A stretch of 63,576 bases of DNA, counting the filler, from Trichomonas gallinae (lineage: Eukaryota), in NCBI GenBank assembly GCA_008369845.1. It is 14 parts of 14 records of this genome, joined end to end, with 100 filler letters (N's around TTAATTAATTAA, not from the genome) between each part and the next. Parts side by side here need not be neighbours in the genome. Positions count along the whole stretch, not along the records: positions 31,791 to 49,989 come from MRSU01001233.1; 13 more parts are not named here. The stretch is one strand, 5' to 3'. Shown in pieces: positions 32,261-44,176 of the stretch. The notes beneath the pieces are model-generated. The model made no database searches. It was not told where the DNA came from and saw nothing but the letters and a program-made list of their open reading frames with translations. Each line of letters begins with the position of its first letter. The first letter of the stretch is position 1. The position numbers were made by a program, and so were the translations under genes.

Positions 32261-33400
32261 ATGTCAGGCGGAGATTTTCATTTGTGTTTAGAAACTATAA
32301 CGCAGAAATACGATGCTCTTGTTAAAGAAAATGCAGATCTCCGTGCTGAAATTGCTTTACTGAGGGCTCAAATTCTTGCACAGACTCAAAATCAAAATCG
32401 TCGCCATAGAAAAACGTCATCAGAAGTTGAAAGGTTAAACATTACAAAGAAATCATCGTCCTCATTCTGGCAATCCAAATCAAAGACAAAAATAGAGTGG
32501 AAATCAATACCTATAGATTTTTCGGATTCGCTACTTTGTGTTCACGCTGGCAAAGATGGAAATATTGCGTTCGGTTCCGTTGATTCAAATATATATCTTT
32601 ATTCTCTTGCAGAAAATCGACTCATTACAAAAGTTTTGGGCCACAAAGGAGCAATTAATGAAATTGTCTCACATCCAACTACAGGTCTCTACGCTTCATG
32701 CTCCGGAGATTGTGAAATTAACATCTGGTCACCAAAGCAAAGACAATCTTTAAATGACGGACCAATGTTGCCAGGAACTACACTAACCAATCATGAAAGC
32801 CCGGTTATGGGCGCAAGATGGCTCGATGCTGATGGACATCTTGTGAGTGGAGCTCATGACGGATCCCTTTTGTTTTGGGACGTTTTGCAATCAAAAACGA
32901 GCTATAGGTCAGAAAACGTTAAAGCACCGATCAACTGTATTGATTATAACTCTGAATTTGAATCGGTTGTAGCCGCTGGATGCTCAACAGGCGATATTTA
33001 TCTAATTGATCCCAAATCGCAAGACTCAAATACAGTCATCAACCATGGAAAGTGCATTGTTACTAGAGTTAAGTACGCTACTGCATCAAATGGTACCCGT
33101 TATCTAATAACTGGTGGCTCAGATGAAAAGATTTCAACATGGGACTTAAGAATGCCAAATATCCCATACGAGTCCATTGATATTGACAGGGTTCCAACAA
33201 AATTTAACGTTTTTGGCAATGATGTTGTCATTCCATGTGAGATTGGAAGAATCAGGTTAATGAGTCTCGCAAACAATCAAGTATCAGTAGTAGAATCACA
33301 TCCATTCTCTTATTCTATTTCAGAGGCTCAATTGATTGATGAGAAAACAATTGTCGCCGCATCATGGGATGGAGCTGCAGCAATCGGAAAGCTTTTATAA
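32261..33400 (+). CDS. WD40-repeat protein with N-terminal coiled coil (WDR37-like architecture)
   Basis: YDALVKENADLRAEI coil; GHKGAIN...ASCSGD..INIW, NHESPV...VSGAHDGSLLFWD, TGGSDEKISTWD. Confidence 0.88.
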   Translation: MSGGDFHLCLETITQKYDALVKENADLRAEIALLRAQILAQTQNQNRRHRKTSSEVERLNITKKSSSSFWQSKSKTKIEWKSIPIDFSDSLLCVHAGKDGNIAFGSVDSNIYLYSLAENRLITKVLGHKGAINEIVSHPTTGLYASCSGDCEINIWSPKQRQSLNDGPMLPGTTLTNHESPVMGARWLDADGHLVSGAHDGSLLFWDVLQSKTSYRSENVKAPINCIDYNSEFESVVAAGCSTGDIYLIDPKSQDSNTVINHGKCIVTRVKYATASNGTRYLITGGSDEKISTWDLRMPNIPYESIDIDRVPTKFNVFGNDVVIPCEIGRIRLMSLANNQVSVVESHPFSYSISEAQLIDEKTIVAASWDGAAAIGKLL

Positions 33401-34627
33401 TCATGTACTAGTAAAGCGTTTTGTTTGTTATTGTTAACATAAATCATATGATATACAATAAATTTTAATTTAATAATTAAATACACATAAACAGATAAAA
33501 TTATCAAAGTAATTGATGAGTATTCTATGATTCTTTATCATAAGTATTTACAAGTACTTTAATTTAAATCTCATTATATAATTGTGTTAAACTATCTTTG
33601 CAATGATGAAAGAATCATCACGGATTAATTTCCATCATATGGATATGGATAATAAAAGAATGATTCAATGAATAATTAATTGGGAATAATCTCATATATA
33701 ATGCAATGCAAAAAGATGAATACAACGCATTTTATTGTTATCTTTATGATATTTAGATAATAACCAACTTTGCTTAGAAATTTTAAGAGTGAATACTTCG
33801 ATACATCATATGGAATAAGTATATATCTAATTTCATGAGTCACCACTTAACTAATTGATCATAAAACATAGTTAACGCCTTACTTCAAGAGAAACAAATG
33901 AAATTACGAATTTTGACAAAAAATTTACAGGTCAAATCTCTTAAATTACGATGGGACGAAGCGATATCTCGGACAATCACCAAAATTTCAGTGGAAACAC
34001 ATAGCAATACTTCTAATGGTGCATATACCAACAATTCTTAATGAATTTGAATTTTGTCACATTTTTAAAAATCGATTGATGATTTGATTGATAGATAAAT
34101 AGTGAACATTATTCAATGATTTTCATAAAATTTGATAATTTTATCAAATTTTCCTTTCCAATAATTTCATAAATATACAATTTAAAGGCTCAACTCTTAA
34201 TTCTTAAAGGAATTTCAATAAAAAACGAATTCATTGATTCAAAAAGTGTCAATTTACATTTTATCATAGAATTATTATTTTAAAACGAATTAATTGTTTT
34301 CCTCAACAAATTAATTTCAATGGATCTCAATGAAAAGTAACCATAATTTTGAAAAGACAATATAATAAACACAAACACAAAATGTTTTGTTTTGCAGCAA
34401 AAAAATTTCAATTCAATACGATAATAAAAGTGACAACCAGTAAAATTTTTACTTCATAAATATGATCAATATATGAAAATATCTCATTATCCATCATAAT
34501 TTTTTATTCAATGGTTCAATACCCCAAAATTTTCTTCAACCACTGTATACGTTTTCTAGTCTGCATTAAATGTTTTCTTTTGGTGGATGACTTTCAATGG
34601 ATACAATAAAAACTATATTTTTTTTCA

Positions 34628-36814
34628 ATGCTTTTATGTTTTTTATGTTTTTCACAGTCCAAAATCTCCAAAATAGCAAACAAAAGCAACAATTGGGGTA
34701 AAATAGAGTTAGAAAACGCGCCTTCGTTCGATGAAGGCATGGATGACGCTCGTCCAGAAGATGATATTTATTCTAACAGCGAAACAACACTTAATCAAGT
34801 AAAATACATATCACAAGCAAGAGAATACTCGTTCTTTAAGTGCCAAATTACAGTAAATGGAAATTCTGTATTTTCAGATAATTTCGCGTTTGGATCAGGT
34901 AAAGGATCAGGAAATGGAGGCGTATTCTACATAACAGACAGTGTCCTCATTATATCAGACTACAATCGCCCAGAAACAGTTGTTTTTAATAATAATCAAG
35001 CGGCTGTTGGCGGAGCGATCTCTTCGTTAACATCAGCATTCCTATTTTACAATTGCAAGTTCGAAAGCAACGAAGCTTACAAATTTGGAGGCGCAATTTA
35101 CTTCCAAGGCACATATGTCACAAATGAGAACGGAAGAGAAGGATATGTGCCAGCCCAAGTTACGATGCTAGGGCACAATAACCTATTCCGCTATAATAAA
35201 GCGACAGAGCTCGGTGGTGCAATTGCAATTTCAATTTGTCTTGAAATTTACTTCGAAAAGACTAAATTCTTCCAAAACCAGTGTTGTTTCGGAGGTGGAG
35301 CAATATCAGCAGCAAATGTTGATGATCTCAAGCTTGTTTACTGTTATTTTGCATATAACACTGTAGACGCATCAAATGAACTAATTTATCAGGCAACAAC
35401 GAGAGCAAGGACACAAGAGTCATTAATGTATAACTTCCCTGATACAATTTTATCGAATTTTGGAAATACAAAAATTCCAACTCATTTTAAAGGCAGAGGA
35501 GGTGGTGCAATAGTTTTCATATCTGATGCTAAGAAAGGTAGTGTACCAACGGGCGAAAATACACACAAGCATCGCATTTTTAATTCTCAATACTGTTGTT
35601 ATTACGGTGATAGCTCAATACAAACAGGTCAATCATTTGGACATGGTGCTGGCAATGAAATCCTCCTTGAAGGTTACGCGAAACTCATTTCTTATCATGA
35701 TTACATTTTTGGATTCAATAATGAAGACTGGTATTCGGGTGCTATATCTCAATCAGTGTCCCGTGTGCTTAGAAACTGGCCTGGCAACTCATCAGGCTGG
35801 CAAGTCTACGAATTACTCGGAGGAAATGAAAGTATTTTAATACAAGAGCCTGCAGCTTCACAATGCAGCCCAATTATTTCCTCAACAGAAGCTTGTCAAA
35901 GTGAGCATAATCCTACTACTGAAATCTCAAAGCCACAAATTTCGAATGAATATAATATTTCTTTTGCTCCAGGAATCAATACTGGCAACGGAAAGACATC
36001 ATTTGTCCCTACACCATCATTATTTACATACCAAAGGACTCCACAATCAAGAATTCCATTCGCAACAACAAAATCTCATTTTTCCATTAAATATCCAGAC
36101 ATTGTAATCACTTTCGACACAAACAAGGCATCTTTCGTGTACAGCAAGCTTATTTCACTTCCTGGTTTTAATCAATTTACAAATATCCCAGATATGCCTC
36201 CATCCACCATGAAAGCCACACCGATGGAAACGCCATCCAGGACAGCCTATCCAAACGGCTACACTCCTGTTTCCCCTGGATATGGAATGGTATACAACTC
36301 AACAATCTCTGTCGTCATATCATATATTTCGTCGGAGTCTTTTTTGAAGAAAGGCGAAGAATACTGGGACGGATCTACATTCAGGACAGCGCCAACAGAT
36401 GGAAAATACTCAGGAGCTTGGTATACTACAATAGATACAGTCATATTATATAATCCAACAGACGCGGAAGTTGACGAAATGAAGCCGAAGAAAAACAACC
36501 AAAGCAAGTTGTTGATGATTATTGGTATTGTTGCTGGAGCTATTTTGCTGTTGCTATTCATCGGACTGATTATATTCTTCGTGTTGAAGAGAGAGAAAGA
36601 AGAAGAAGAGTCACAGCCGTCAATCGTTGAGATGAATGAAGAAACGTATATCATCAGCGATGAACTGGACTCAACAACACCAATCTTTACAATGACAAGT
36701 TCTTTGTTCAACGAAGACAAGACATTATCAGACGACCCATTCAAGGATGATTTCGAGGAAGAAATGAAGTTCCACTTCTTCGGATTGAACACAAGAGGAA
36801 CCATTGCTGACTAA
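34628..36814 (+). CDS. Polymorphic membrane protein (Pmp)-like surface protein
   Basis: Signal peptide; repeated FxxN and GGAI motifs (FNNN..GGAI, FESN..GGAI, FRYN..GGAI, FFQN..GGAI); P/T stalk; TM IIGIVAGAILLLLFIGLIIFFVL; acidic tail DDPFKDDFEEE. Confidence 0.9.
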   Translation: MLLCFLCFSQSKISKIANKSNNWGKIELENAPSFDEGMDDARPEDDIYSNSETTLNQVKYISQAREYSFFKCQITVNGNSVFSDNFAFGSGKGSGNGGVFYITDSVLIISDYNRPETVVFNNNQAAVGGAISSLTSAFLFYNCKFESNEAYKFGGAIYFQGTYVTNENGREGYVPAQVTMLGHNNLFRYNKATELGGAIAISICLEIYFEKTKFFQNQCCFGGGAISAANVDDLKLVYCYFAYNTVDASNELIYQATTRARTQESLMYNFPDTILSNFGNTKIPTHFKGRGGGAIVFISDAKKGSVPTGENTHKHRIFNSQYCCYYGDSSIQTGQSFGHGAGNEILLEGYAKLISYHDYIFGFNNEDWYSGAISQSVSRVLRNWPGNSSGWQVYELLGGNESILIQEPAASQCSPIISSTEACQSEHNPTTEISKPQISNEYNISFAPGINTGNGKTSFVPTPSLFTYQRTPQSRIPFATTKSHFSIKYPDIVITFDTNKASFVYSKLISLPGFNQFTNIPDMPPSTMKATPMETPSRTAYPNGYTPVSPGYGMVYNSTISVVISYISSESFLKKGEEYWDGSTFRTAPTDGKYSGAWYTTIDTVILYNPTDAEVDEMKPKKNNQSKLLMIIGIVAGAILLLLFIGLIIFFVLKREKEEEESQPSIVEMNEETYIISDELDSTTPIFTMTSSLFNEDKTLSDDPFKDDFEEEMKFHFFGLNTRGTIAD

Positions 36815-37122
36815 TTTATATTCATATTGTAATAAATTTTTTATTTATTTATAATTTATTTAACAAATTTTTTCAAGGAAACCATTTTTGTTATAGAACG
36901 GCAAAGCAATAAGAGACTAGGACATTGTTGCGCTATCGTTCAGGAGTTGACGATAGCGCAATTTTGTCAGACACTCAAAACAGTAATACCAATAACCACA
37001 GATTTTATTTTCATAACAATGGTTAATATTAAAAATGTAAAAAATATGGGTGGGTTTTCCCATATGGAATATAATCCTAGAAAAACTCGAAGTTTCGATA
37101 TCAAACATAAAAATACAACATT

Positions 37123-39177
37123 TTAATCAACAGCTTTTGGTGATGGGAACTTGTCTGGTTCGACGTGTTCTCTAGATGACTGATTTCCAACTTTCTTCCT
37201 TGACGTCTTCTTTCCTTTTTCTCTGCTTGTTTCCTTTGGCTCGTGTGTGTCATGTCCTGACGTGACGAAAACGTGTGAAACATTCCATGCTTCAATCAAG
37301 ACTTCTTTTGCATCCAAATATTTCTGCCGAGCTTCGAGAAGCTTCTTCTTGATTTCCTCTCTGTCGTATTCATTAGATTTTTGCGTCTCGTAAACTTTGT
37401 TTTCTAGCTGACCTAGTTGTGTGTTATCTCTCTTATTTACCTCGATTTCAGACTGAAGCTGCTGCTCCAGCTGCCTGAGATTGTACTCAAGCTTCTCCTT
37501 GTTGTGTGTAATCGCGCCAATTTTCTCTCTAATCTCGTCTGATTTCGCGTTTTGTACAGAATTAACTGCTTCGAATTTTGTTGTCAGAGTTTTTATTGTT
37601 GTGTTTCTGCTTTCTGAAGCTTCAGCGAACTCTTTCTTTGCTACAGCGAGATCCTCTGTGAACCCAGCAATCTGCTCGCGCTCTTCCGAAATATCTTGCC
37701 TGGTGAGGTGAAGTCGCGCATCAATGTCACCAGTCCCTGCTACTTCTCTTTTAATTCTGTTTTCTTTCCTTTCTTTTCTAAGTTTAGCGTTATATTTGGT
37801 GATTTTGTCGATGTCTGCGTGGTATTTGTACTCAATGTCGTTGAAATCTATATCCAAGAAGTACAAAAGCGGGTTATCCATCAAAGCTTTTTGAATTATT
37901 TTTGCATTTCCGAGCAAATTGTTTCTAAGTGAAACCTTTTCGAGAGATTTAGAAGATCCAATGGCAGGAACAAGAATGTCGCCGCCTACATCTGTTATTT
38001 CTGTCATTTCAAGGTCAAGCTCTTTAATTAAGTGATGTTCTTTAAGAACTGCTGCTAAGCACTTCGCTCCATCATCACCGATCGGATTATGCGATAATAT
38101 AAGCGCATTTAATGAATAATTGTCTTTCAGCTTATTGCAAAAAGATTTAAATCCAGTATAATCGATTTGACACATAGAAACGTTAAGTGTTTTAATATTC
38201 GTATTCATTGCTAATGCAGGACCAAGCTCATCAATTCCAGCGCCCGTTAATGGATTATGTGAAATATTTAATTCAACAATTTGCGAATAATTGGCAAAAG
38301 CCGGTGTAATTGCTTTTGTGAATGCCTTTGTAAGCTGATTTGACGATATATTAAGATATTTTACTGCTTTGTTCTTAGTGATATATTTAATAAAGTCAGG
38401 AGCAATGTCATCTTTGATTGCGTTGTTTGATAGGTTTAGAGTGACGATGTTAGAGTTGACTATAGCTTGCAGAACCTTCCTGCAGCCTTTGGAGCAAATG
38501 TTATTGTTCGAGAGATTCAAAACATGCAAGGAATGATTTAATTCGAGTCCTTTCGCGATGGTTATCATTATATCACCTGTAATCTCTGCGGATGAAAGGT
38601 CGAGCTCGGACAGAACCTGATTCGTCTGTAAGACGCCCGCCAGCTCTTTTGCAGCTTCTTGGCCGACTGAATTTCGGGCAACTGAAGTAGATGAGCCAAT
38701 TGTCAGCGAGAAGACGGACGTGTTGGTGTGTAATGCGTAGAAGAGTGCGTATAAGCCTCTATCTTGGATGCCGTTTGATGATAAATCGAGAGAAATTATT
38801 CTATTTGTTTGGAAGAGCAACTGAGCGATAGAAGTAGCTCCTTTATTGCCGATTGAGTTTCCTGCGAGATTTATAGATCGAATGTGGTCATGTTTTAGTA
38901 TTAAATTGCAGATAACTTCAGTTGCTTTTGGACCAATCGAAGATGAGCTCATATCGAAGATTTTTAAGAATTGCTTCTTGGTTTGGTTGATGTAAAAGCG
39001 CTGAAACATCTTTTCTGATGTAGAAATATTGAAGTCCTGGGCCTTTGCAATAAAAATTTCTCTTATTTCGTCTTCAGAGAATGTGTTTGTGATAAGAAAT
39101 GCATCGGATTTGGCTTTCTCAACACGTACAGCCTGGTCGAGGTCGATGTCGTCAAACTGTACTTCTTCCTCCGCCAT
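37123..39177 (-). CDS. RNI-like LRR protein with C-terminal coiled coil
   Basis: About 13 repeats of LxLxxNxI(G/T)xxG with ~28-aa period, followed by a heptad region. Confidence 0.9.
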   Translation of the reverse strand: MAEEEVQFDDIDLDQAVRVEKAKSDAFLITNTFSEDEIREIFIAKAQDFNISTSEKMFQRFYINQTKKQFLKIFDMSSSSIGPKATEVICNLILKHDHIRSINLAGNSIGNKGATSIAQLLFQTNRIISLDLSSNGIQDRGLYALFYALHTNTSVFSLTIGSSTSVARNSVGQEAAKELAGVLQTNQVLSELDLSSAEITGDIMITIAKGLELNHSLHVLNLSNNNICSKGCRKVLQAIVNSNIVTLNLSNNAIKDDIAPDFIKYITKNKAVKYLNISSNQLTKAFTKAITPAFANYSQIVELNISHNPLTGAGIDELGPALAMNTNIKTLNVSMCQIDYTGFKSFCNKLKDNYSLNALILSHNPIGDDGAKCLAAVLKEHHLIKELDLEMTEITDVGGDILVPAIGSSKSLEKVSLRNNLLGNAKIIQKALMDNPLLYFLDIDFNDIEYKYHADIDKITKYNAKLRKERKENRIKREVAGTGDIDARLHLTRQDISEEREQIAGFTEDLAVAKKEFAEASESRNTTIKTLTTKFEAVNSVQNAKSDEIREKIGAITHNKEKLEYNLRQLEQQLQSEIEVNKRDNTQLGQLENKVYETQKSNEYDREEIKKKLLEARQKYLDAKEVLIEAWNVSHVFVTSGHDTHEPKETSREKGKKTSRKKVGNQSSREHVEPDKFPSPKAVD

Positions 39178-39950
39178 TTTTTATAAAAAACGTACAAAAT
39201 TGCTATTTTGAATTTGAGCTTTGTTATAAACACTATACAAGCTATATAATCAAAATACTTAAAAATATCCTTCATATTCACAATATTTTCGTATTTTTTT
39301 GAAAAATTGCAATATATGATCATTTTCATCATCTGATCAAATTCTTTATGTTACATAAATACAAGATATTGATTAATTTTCCGAAATAATGCAAATCATG
39401 ATTCACACAATAAAGTAATGATAATTATTTTCAGTTAAACTTTGAGGCATTATGGAGATATTACTCAGAGAAATAGAAGAAAGATACAGTGGACTATATT
39501 ATTACACATAAATTATTCTATGTTATTGCATATGATATGTGATGCCAATAATATTAATCTGTGTAGATACGGATTGCTTTTGCAAAATAGATTTTTTTTT
39601 GCAAATAAATCGAATTAGGAATTGAATTGACATTTACATCACTGTTCATGAAGCATCAGAAACAATATCAGAATCAAGATTTATTTAGAAATGTCCACCG
39701 AAACACAAACCGATCATGATTTTTAAGATCTTTCAAAATAGCCTTATTTTCGAGCAATAAAAAGATAAATATACTCTAATTCGTATATAGAATTTTTTTT
39801 GAGATTATACAAGAAATCTTTGTGAATCAGGACTTATTCAGGTATTTCGAAATGTCAAAAAAAAAAAAAAAAAAAAAAATTCTATGAATATGACATGATG
39901 AATTATAATTATATTATATTCATCATCAAAAGTGACAATATGGTAGTGGC

Positions 39951-40976
39951 ATGATTTTGCTAGTACAGTCTTTCATGCAATTCACAAAGATTTAGCTCCA
40001 AAAGATGTCTGGCAATCATTATATGGGGACACCTATGATGGTAAGAAGTACAGTTCTTGCCATAATTGCTATGTTCGAGGATATGTTAATGATCGTGAGA
40101 TATTCATTTATGAAAGCTCATTTATTGCTCAATCTTCTGGTTCCATTTATATATCTTATGGAAGTACTAAAGTTCTCCATTCTTCATGCTTTTTCTCCAA
40201 TTGCTATAGATCAGATGAGGATGGTGGATCCGTATTTTATCAAGGAGGTGATTCAATTATTCAACATAGATTTTGCTCATTGGGTGGCAATATCAATAAT
40301 GGCAGAGTTGGTTTGTTTTCATACACTCGTGCCCCACAATTTTCAAATAAGAAAAATCATGTAATTGATTCCTCAGTTTCTGGCTGCGGAAGAGGATATG
40401 GCACTAGTACCCTACAGTTTTATAATGGCCACTGCGGAGTTTTTTTCGTCTAACGTTTCCAAAAATTTTGTTGGTTTAGGTTCGGGCTTTTATATAAATT
40501 ATGGAAAAGGTTATACTCAATATTCAACCTTTGAAGGAAATATTGATATCAAATATGGTTGCTTGTATTTTTGTGATATTTCCGGGGAAAGTCGTAATTA
40601 TCTCTGCAATATTGTAAATAATTCAAAAAGAGATAATCTCCTCGGTATAATTTTATCTGAATATTGTAAAATTACTTTCGAGAACTGCACAATTCTTGGG
40701 CCATTTGGAAATTATCGCTCAGTTTTTCATGGGAAATTTAGTTTAATCAATTGTAATATTGATAAAGATTTTTCTTACTCAGGTTCTACCCCTTTCATGA
40801 AAAATCTTGTCAGAACTAAAAGTTTATATTCATTAACCCATTTATCAACATATAAATGTCAGGCAGTAATTTATTTGAAAACAAAAGTTAAAACGATACC
40901 AACAGAAGAATTAAATCCAGATTTTTCAAATTCAATCCATTTTCTAATGGACTCATTATTTTGCGCTTATTCTTGA
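39951..40976 (+). pseudogene. Frameshifted member of a trichomonad Cys/Ser/Asn-rich (probable beta-helix) family
   Basis: A frame not shown in the ORF track reads DVWQSLYGDTYDG...TKVLHSSCFFSNC...QHRFCS...KNHVIDSSVSGCG. It shifts at the T-run near 40440 into the 40365-40976 frame (SNVSKN...LTHLSTYKCQA). The ATG at 39951 is also out of frame with it. Confidence 0.75.
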
Positions 40977-41365
40977 GTCCAAATAATAAAATGATGTTTT
41001 TGGGGTTACAAAAAGCATATATAATATAAGCTACAAATATATATATTTATATTATGATAACTCACCTGTGATTTAATCTGGAATGATATTTGAAGTGATT
41101 GAAATTCTGAGGAAAATGAAGATAACTCATTAATGTTTAAATTGTGATCAAACAATAGATATATATATTGGCGCGATTGTTTTTTAGCATGACTAATACC
41201 GTATTTCATCGGATTTACATTTTTCAATAATATCTAATCCATGAATTGGAAATCGAATTAATTTCATGAAATGAAGCATATCATAGGCTAGCATTTTATT
41301 TGCTTAATGACATTCACTAATATGATAAATATGAAGAAAATAATACTGTGAAACCAACATCATGT

Positions 41366-42343
41366 TTACTTCAGAATTTTTAGAGTTCCTTTGAGAATTT
41401 CGTTAATTTTCTCTTTGAATTCATGTACATCTGTTTTGCATTGTTTTTCAATGATACGAGACTGAAAAACAAGTTCAGCAGGATACTCAAGAATTGCGTC
41501 ATCATCGTATCCTGAAAAAGAACAAAGTAGATCAGTTCCTATTTCATCAATTTCTATGCCGTAGCTGTAAAACCAGTAGTTCTTCATCCATGATTTCCTT
41601 TCTGTACATTCATGAGCAAATGCACGAGAAAACCTGGGAAGAAGAAACACAGATTCAGGCTCAAATCGTTTCTTCTTTGCGTCAATTTTGAACTTTAAAC
41701 AACTAATCATCTGAATTTCAGCAGATATTGATACACTCATTGAATCTTTTGATGTATTATTCTTTGGTACATGAGAACATTTCAATAATCTTTGTGATAT
41801 ACATGGCGTAAGATGATCAGAAGATATATTCACAACAAAATTCGTTAAAGCCAAGCCAGAACACGATATATCACTAAGAATGTAGTATTTATCACTGTTT
41901 ACAATGAAGAATTTGTTGTCTTCAAGTTTTGAATATATGAGATTTTCAATTACATTTTTTGTAGTAAATGGATCATATTCAAATGGCAGCTTATGTATTT
42001 TGAAAGATATTGATGAATATAAGTCATTACAGACATATGTCAATGCTTGAGCTAAAATCTGATCAGGCTTGATTGGATGAAAAATTGTGATGAACAGTAT
42101 ATTTTCTGTGTTTGGTATTATAGAAACCATGCATTCGTTATTAATTTTATTGATTGATCGTAAAAGTGCTTTTGAAAATTGATAAGTTGACAGACTTGGT
42201 ATTTTTTTCTGTTCACTATCACATTCATTTAGAGATACATCTACAGAATATTTGAACCCATCAGTGAATTTCTCAACTTTCACTGATTTCGAGAAAAAGT
42301 ATTTTTGCATTTTAATTAGCACATCAAAAAAAGTGTCAGTCAT
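41366..42343 (-). CDS. Hypothetical protein with C-terminal DUF4708/C18orf63- or PAZ-like motif
   Basis: 325-aa ORF; VFLLPRFSRA...MKNYWFYSYGIEID...SF......LEYPAELV. The family call is tentative. Confidence 0.75.
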   Translation of the reverse strand: MTDTFFDVLIKMQKYFFSKSVKVEKFTDGFKYSVDVSLNECDSEQKKIPSLSTYQFSKALLRSINKINNECMVSIIPNTENILFITIFHPIKPDQILAQALTYVCNDLYSSISFKIHKLPFEYDPFTTKNVIENLIYSKLEDNKFFIVNSDKYYILSDISCSGLALTNFVVNISSDHLTPCISQRLLKCSHVPKNNTSKDSMSVSISAEIQMISCLKFKIDAKKKRFEPESVFLLPRFSRAFAHECTERKSWMKNYWFYSYGIEIDEIGTDLLCSFSGYDDDAILEYPAELVFQSRIIEKQCKTDVHEFKEKINEILKGTLKILK

Positions 42344-42862
42344 AGAACCTTATTGACATTTTTTAAAAAAACTAATAATTTCATAAAACGGAATGTAAAA
42401 TAAGATAGGAATACATAAAGGGAATGAACTATTGATTCTACACTAGAATTGTTAAATGCAAATGAAAAATATGTCAAATATAGACAATCTATATTTCTTT
42501 ATCACATATAATAAGATGTAAGTTGAATTATATATCTTTATAAGGATTACAGCCTGAAAGATGCAATATTTGCCTGAATTATGAAAATATTTTTGATTCA
42601 ATACTTTATTATACGGACTCAAATAGGATATATACGCCTTTAAATTAGCAAAAAATGGCAATTTTAATATAAATGATTTCAATTTTCGAATAAAATGTTA
42701 TTTAGAACTTCTTTTTTAATATATAGATAGATCAGGTTGATGTGTTAAATTGTGTGCACAAAAGAAAGTCGAAGTGGCATCCACAAAGCCGATTTTTTTC
42801 ACTTTTAGAAAAAAACACTTCAATTTTGAATCTAATTGGCCGACCATTTAACTTTTTCATAT

Positions 42863-43777
42863 ATGGGGACTCTTGAGCCAGACCCTCCACAAAATACTGA
42901 CAAAATTCCGAACTTCTGGGACCTCCTCTCTGATGTGGATAAGGCAAACTACAGATCGCTCAAAATGGCTCTCGATGCATCCAGCAGCAAACGAAATAGA
43001 GGTCACAGAATGGAAGCTTTCGACAGCATTCTGAACGCTATTCACAGGTTTGCTGAGAGGCATGACGAGAACGACTGGAGAAGGTTCTTAGTCTGCGGCG
43101 TCTGTTGGATGGATAACATGATTGCCATAAATACGCGACAACTTCGATTGTTGATATCAAAATGCAAATCATCTATCAACGGAAGTCTTCATAAACTCGG
43201 TTATACTACAAATCAATCTCATACTGAATCTTGGAAATATTTATTTGATCGAATACCATACTTAAAAGATAACTTTCCGGAATTACGCCAATGGACTCTA
43301 AGATCTCGCGTTGATACAAATCAGCAAATCGTTGCATACGTAGATTCACAAAACGTTACAGTACCAAAAGACCCAGCACAGCCGATTCAGATGCAAATAT
43401 CTGTGCCTAACATATCAGCCAATGCCATTCGCGGTGATCCTAGGCATTCAAACATTCATCTTAATCTTGTTATTCCATCAAACGTTGTTGATACGAGAAC
43501 CAACCAGAACAATGCTACTCCTCAACAGCAGCTTCCACAGTCGCCTCCGAAAAAGGCCGATACGCAACAACCGCCACCACAAAACAATTTGCCATTACCT
43601 CCTCCTTTACTTCCTGCTGTGCCAATGAAGCAGGATAATCAGACTTATCTACCGCCTCTTTTGCCTCCGTTACCTCCACTAGCTCCTAAAGGTACCAGCT
43701 CTTCGACAGAATCTTATTGTCCTCTAAAATACAGATCTCAGCTTATGCACAGGCAAAATTCCACAGACATTAAGTGA
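42863..43777 (+). CDS. Initiator-binding-domain (IBD/IBP39-like) transcription factor
   Basis: FWDLLSDVDK..Y..L...F..IL..I..F......DWRRFLVCGVCW....IAINTRQLRLLISKCKSSINGSLHKLGY...WTLR, then a P/Q-rich tail. Inr TCATA directly before ATG 42863. Confidence 0.92.
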   Translation: MGTLEPDPPQNTDKIPNFWDLLSDVDKANYRSLKMALDASSSKRNRGHRMEAFDSILNAIHRFAERHDENDWRRFLVCGVCWMDNMIAINTRQLRLLISKCKSSINGSLHKLGYTTNQSHTESWKYLFDRIPYLKDNFPELRQWTLRSRVDTNQQIVAYVDSQNVTVPKDPAQPIQMQISVPNISANAIRGDPRHSNIHLNLVIPSNVVDTRTNQNNATPQQQLPQSPPKKADTQQPPPQNNLPLPPPLLPAVPMKQDNQTYLPPLLPPLPPLAPKGTSSSTESYCPLKYRSQLMHRQNSTDIK

Positions 43778-44176
43778 TATTATCATTAGTACTTATTTTC
43801 TATTGTAATTGTTTATAAATTAACTTTGTTTGAAAAATATTATTTGATTCCCCTATGATATTGTTCGTTTGGTTCTAAATACTAGCTTTAAATGCATAAA
43901 ATCTAATTAAATCTATAAAACACAATCATAAAACTCAATTTTTTGAAAATAATATATATTATTTTTTGAAAATTTTATTTGATGATTTCTATTCCTATTG
44001 ATTTGATAATAGATGAAATGGTTATTAGAAATGAGCTTTATTTTATTATTTTTGATAAAAATATTGAGAAAATTACTAGCAAATACATGTATTAGCACCA
44101 ATATTGTGCAAATTTATCAATTTAAACAGTACAGTAACATAATTGAACATGATTAAAAAAAAATAACAATTTTTTT

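Noticed and set aside
40005..40364. 119-aa ORF in the track
   Set aside because: Wrong frame; the family-matching sequence is in a neighbouring frame.
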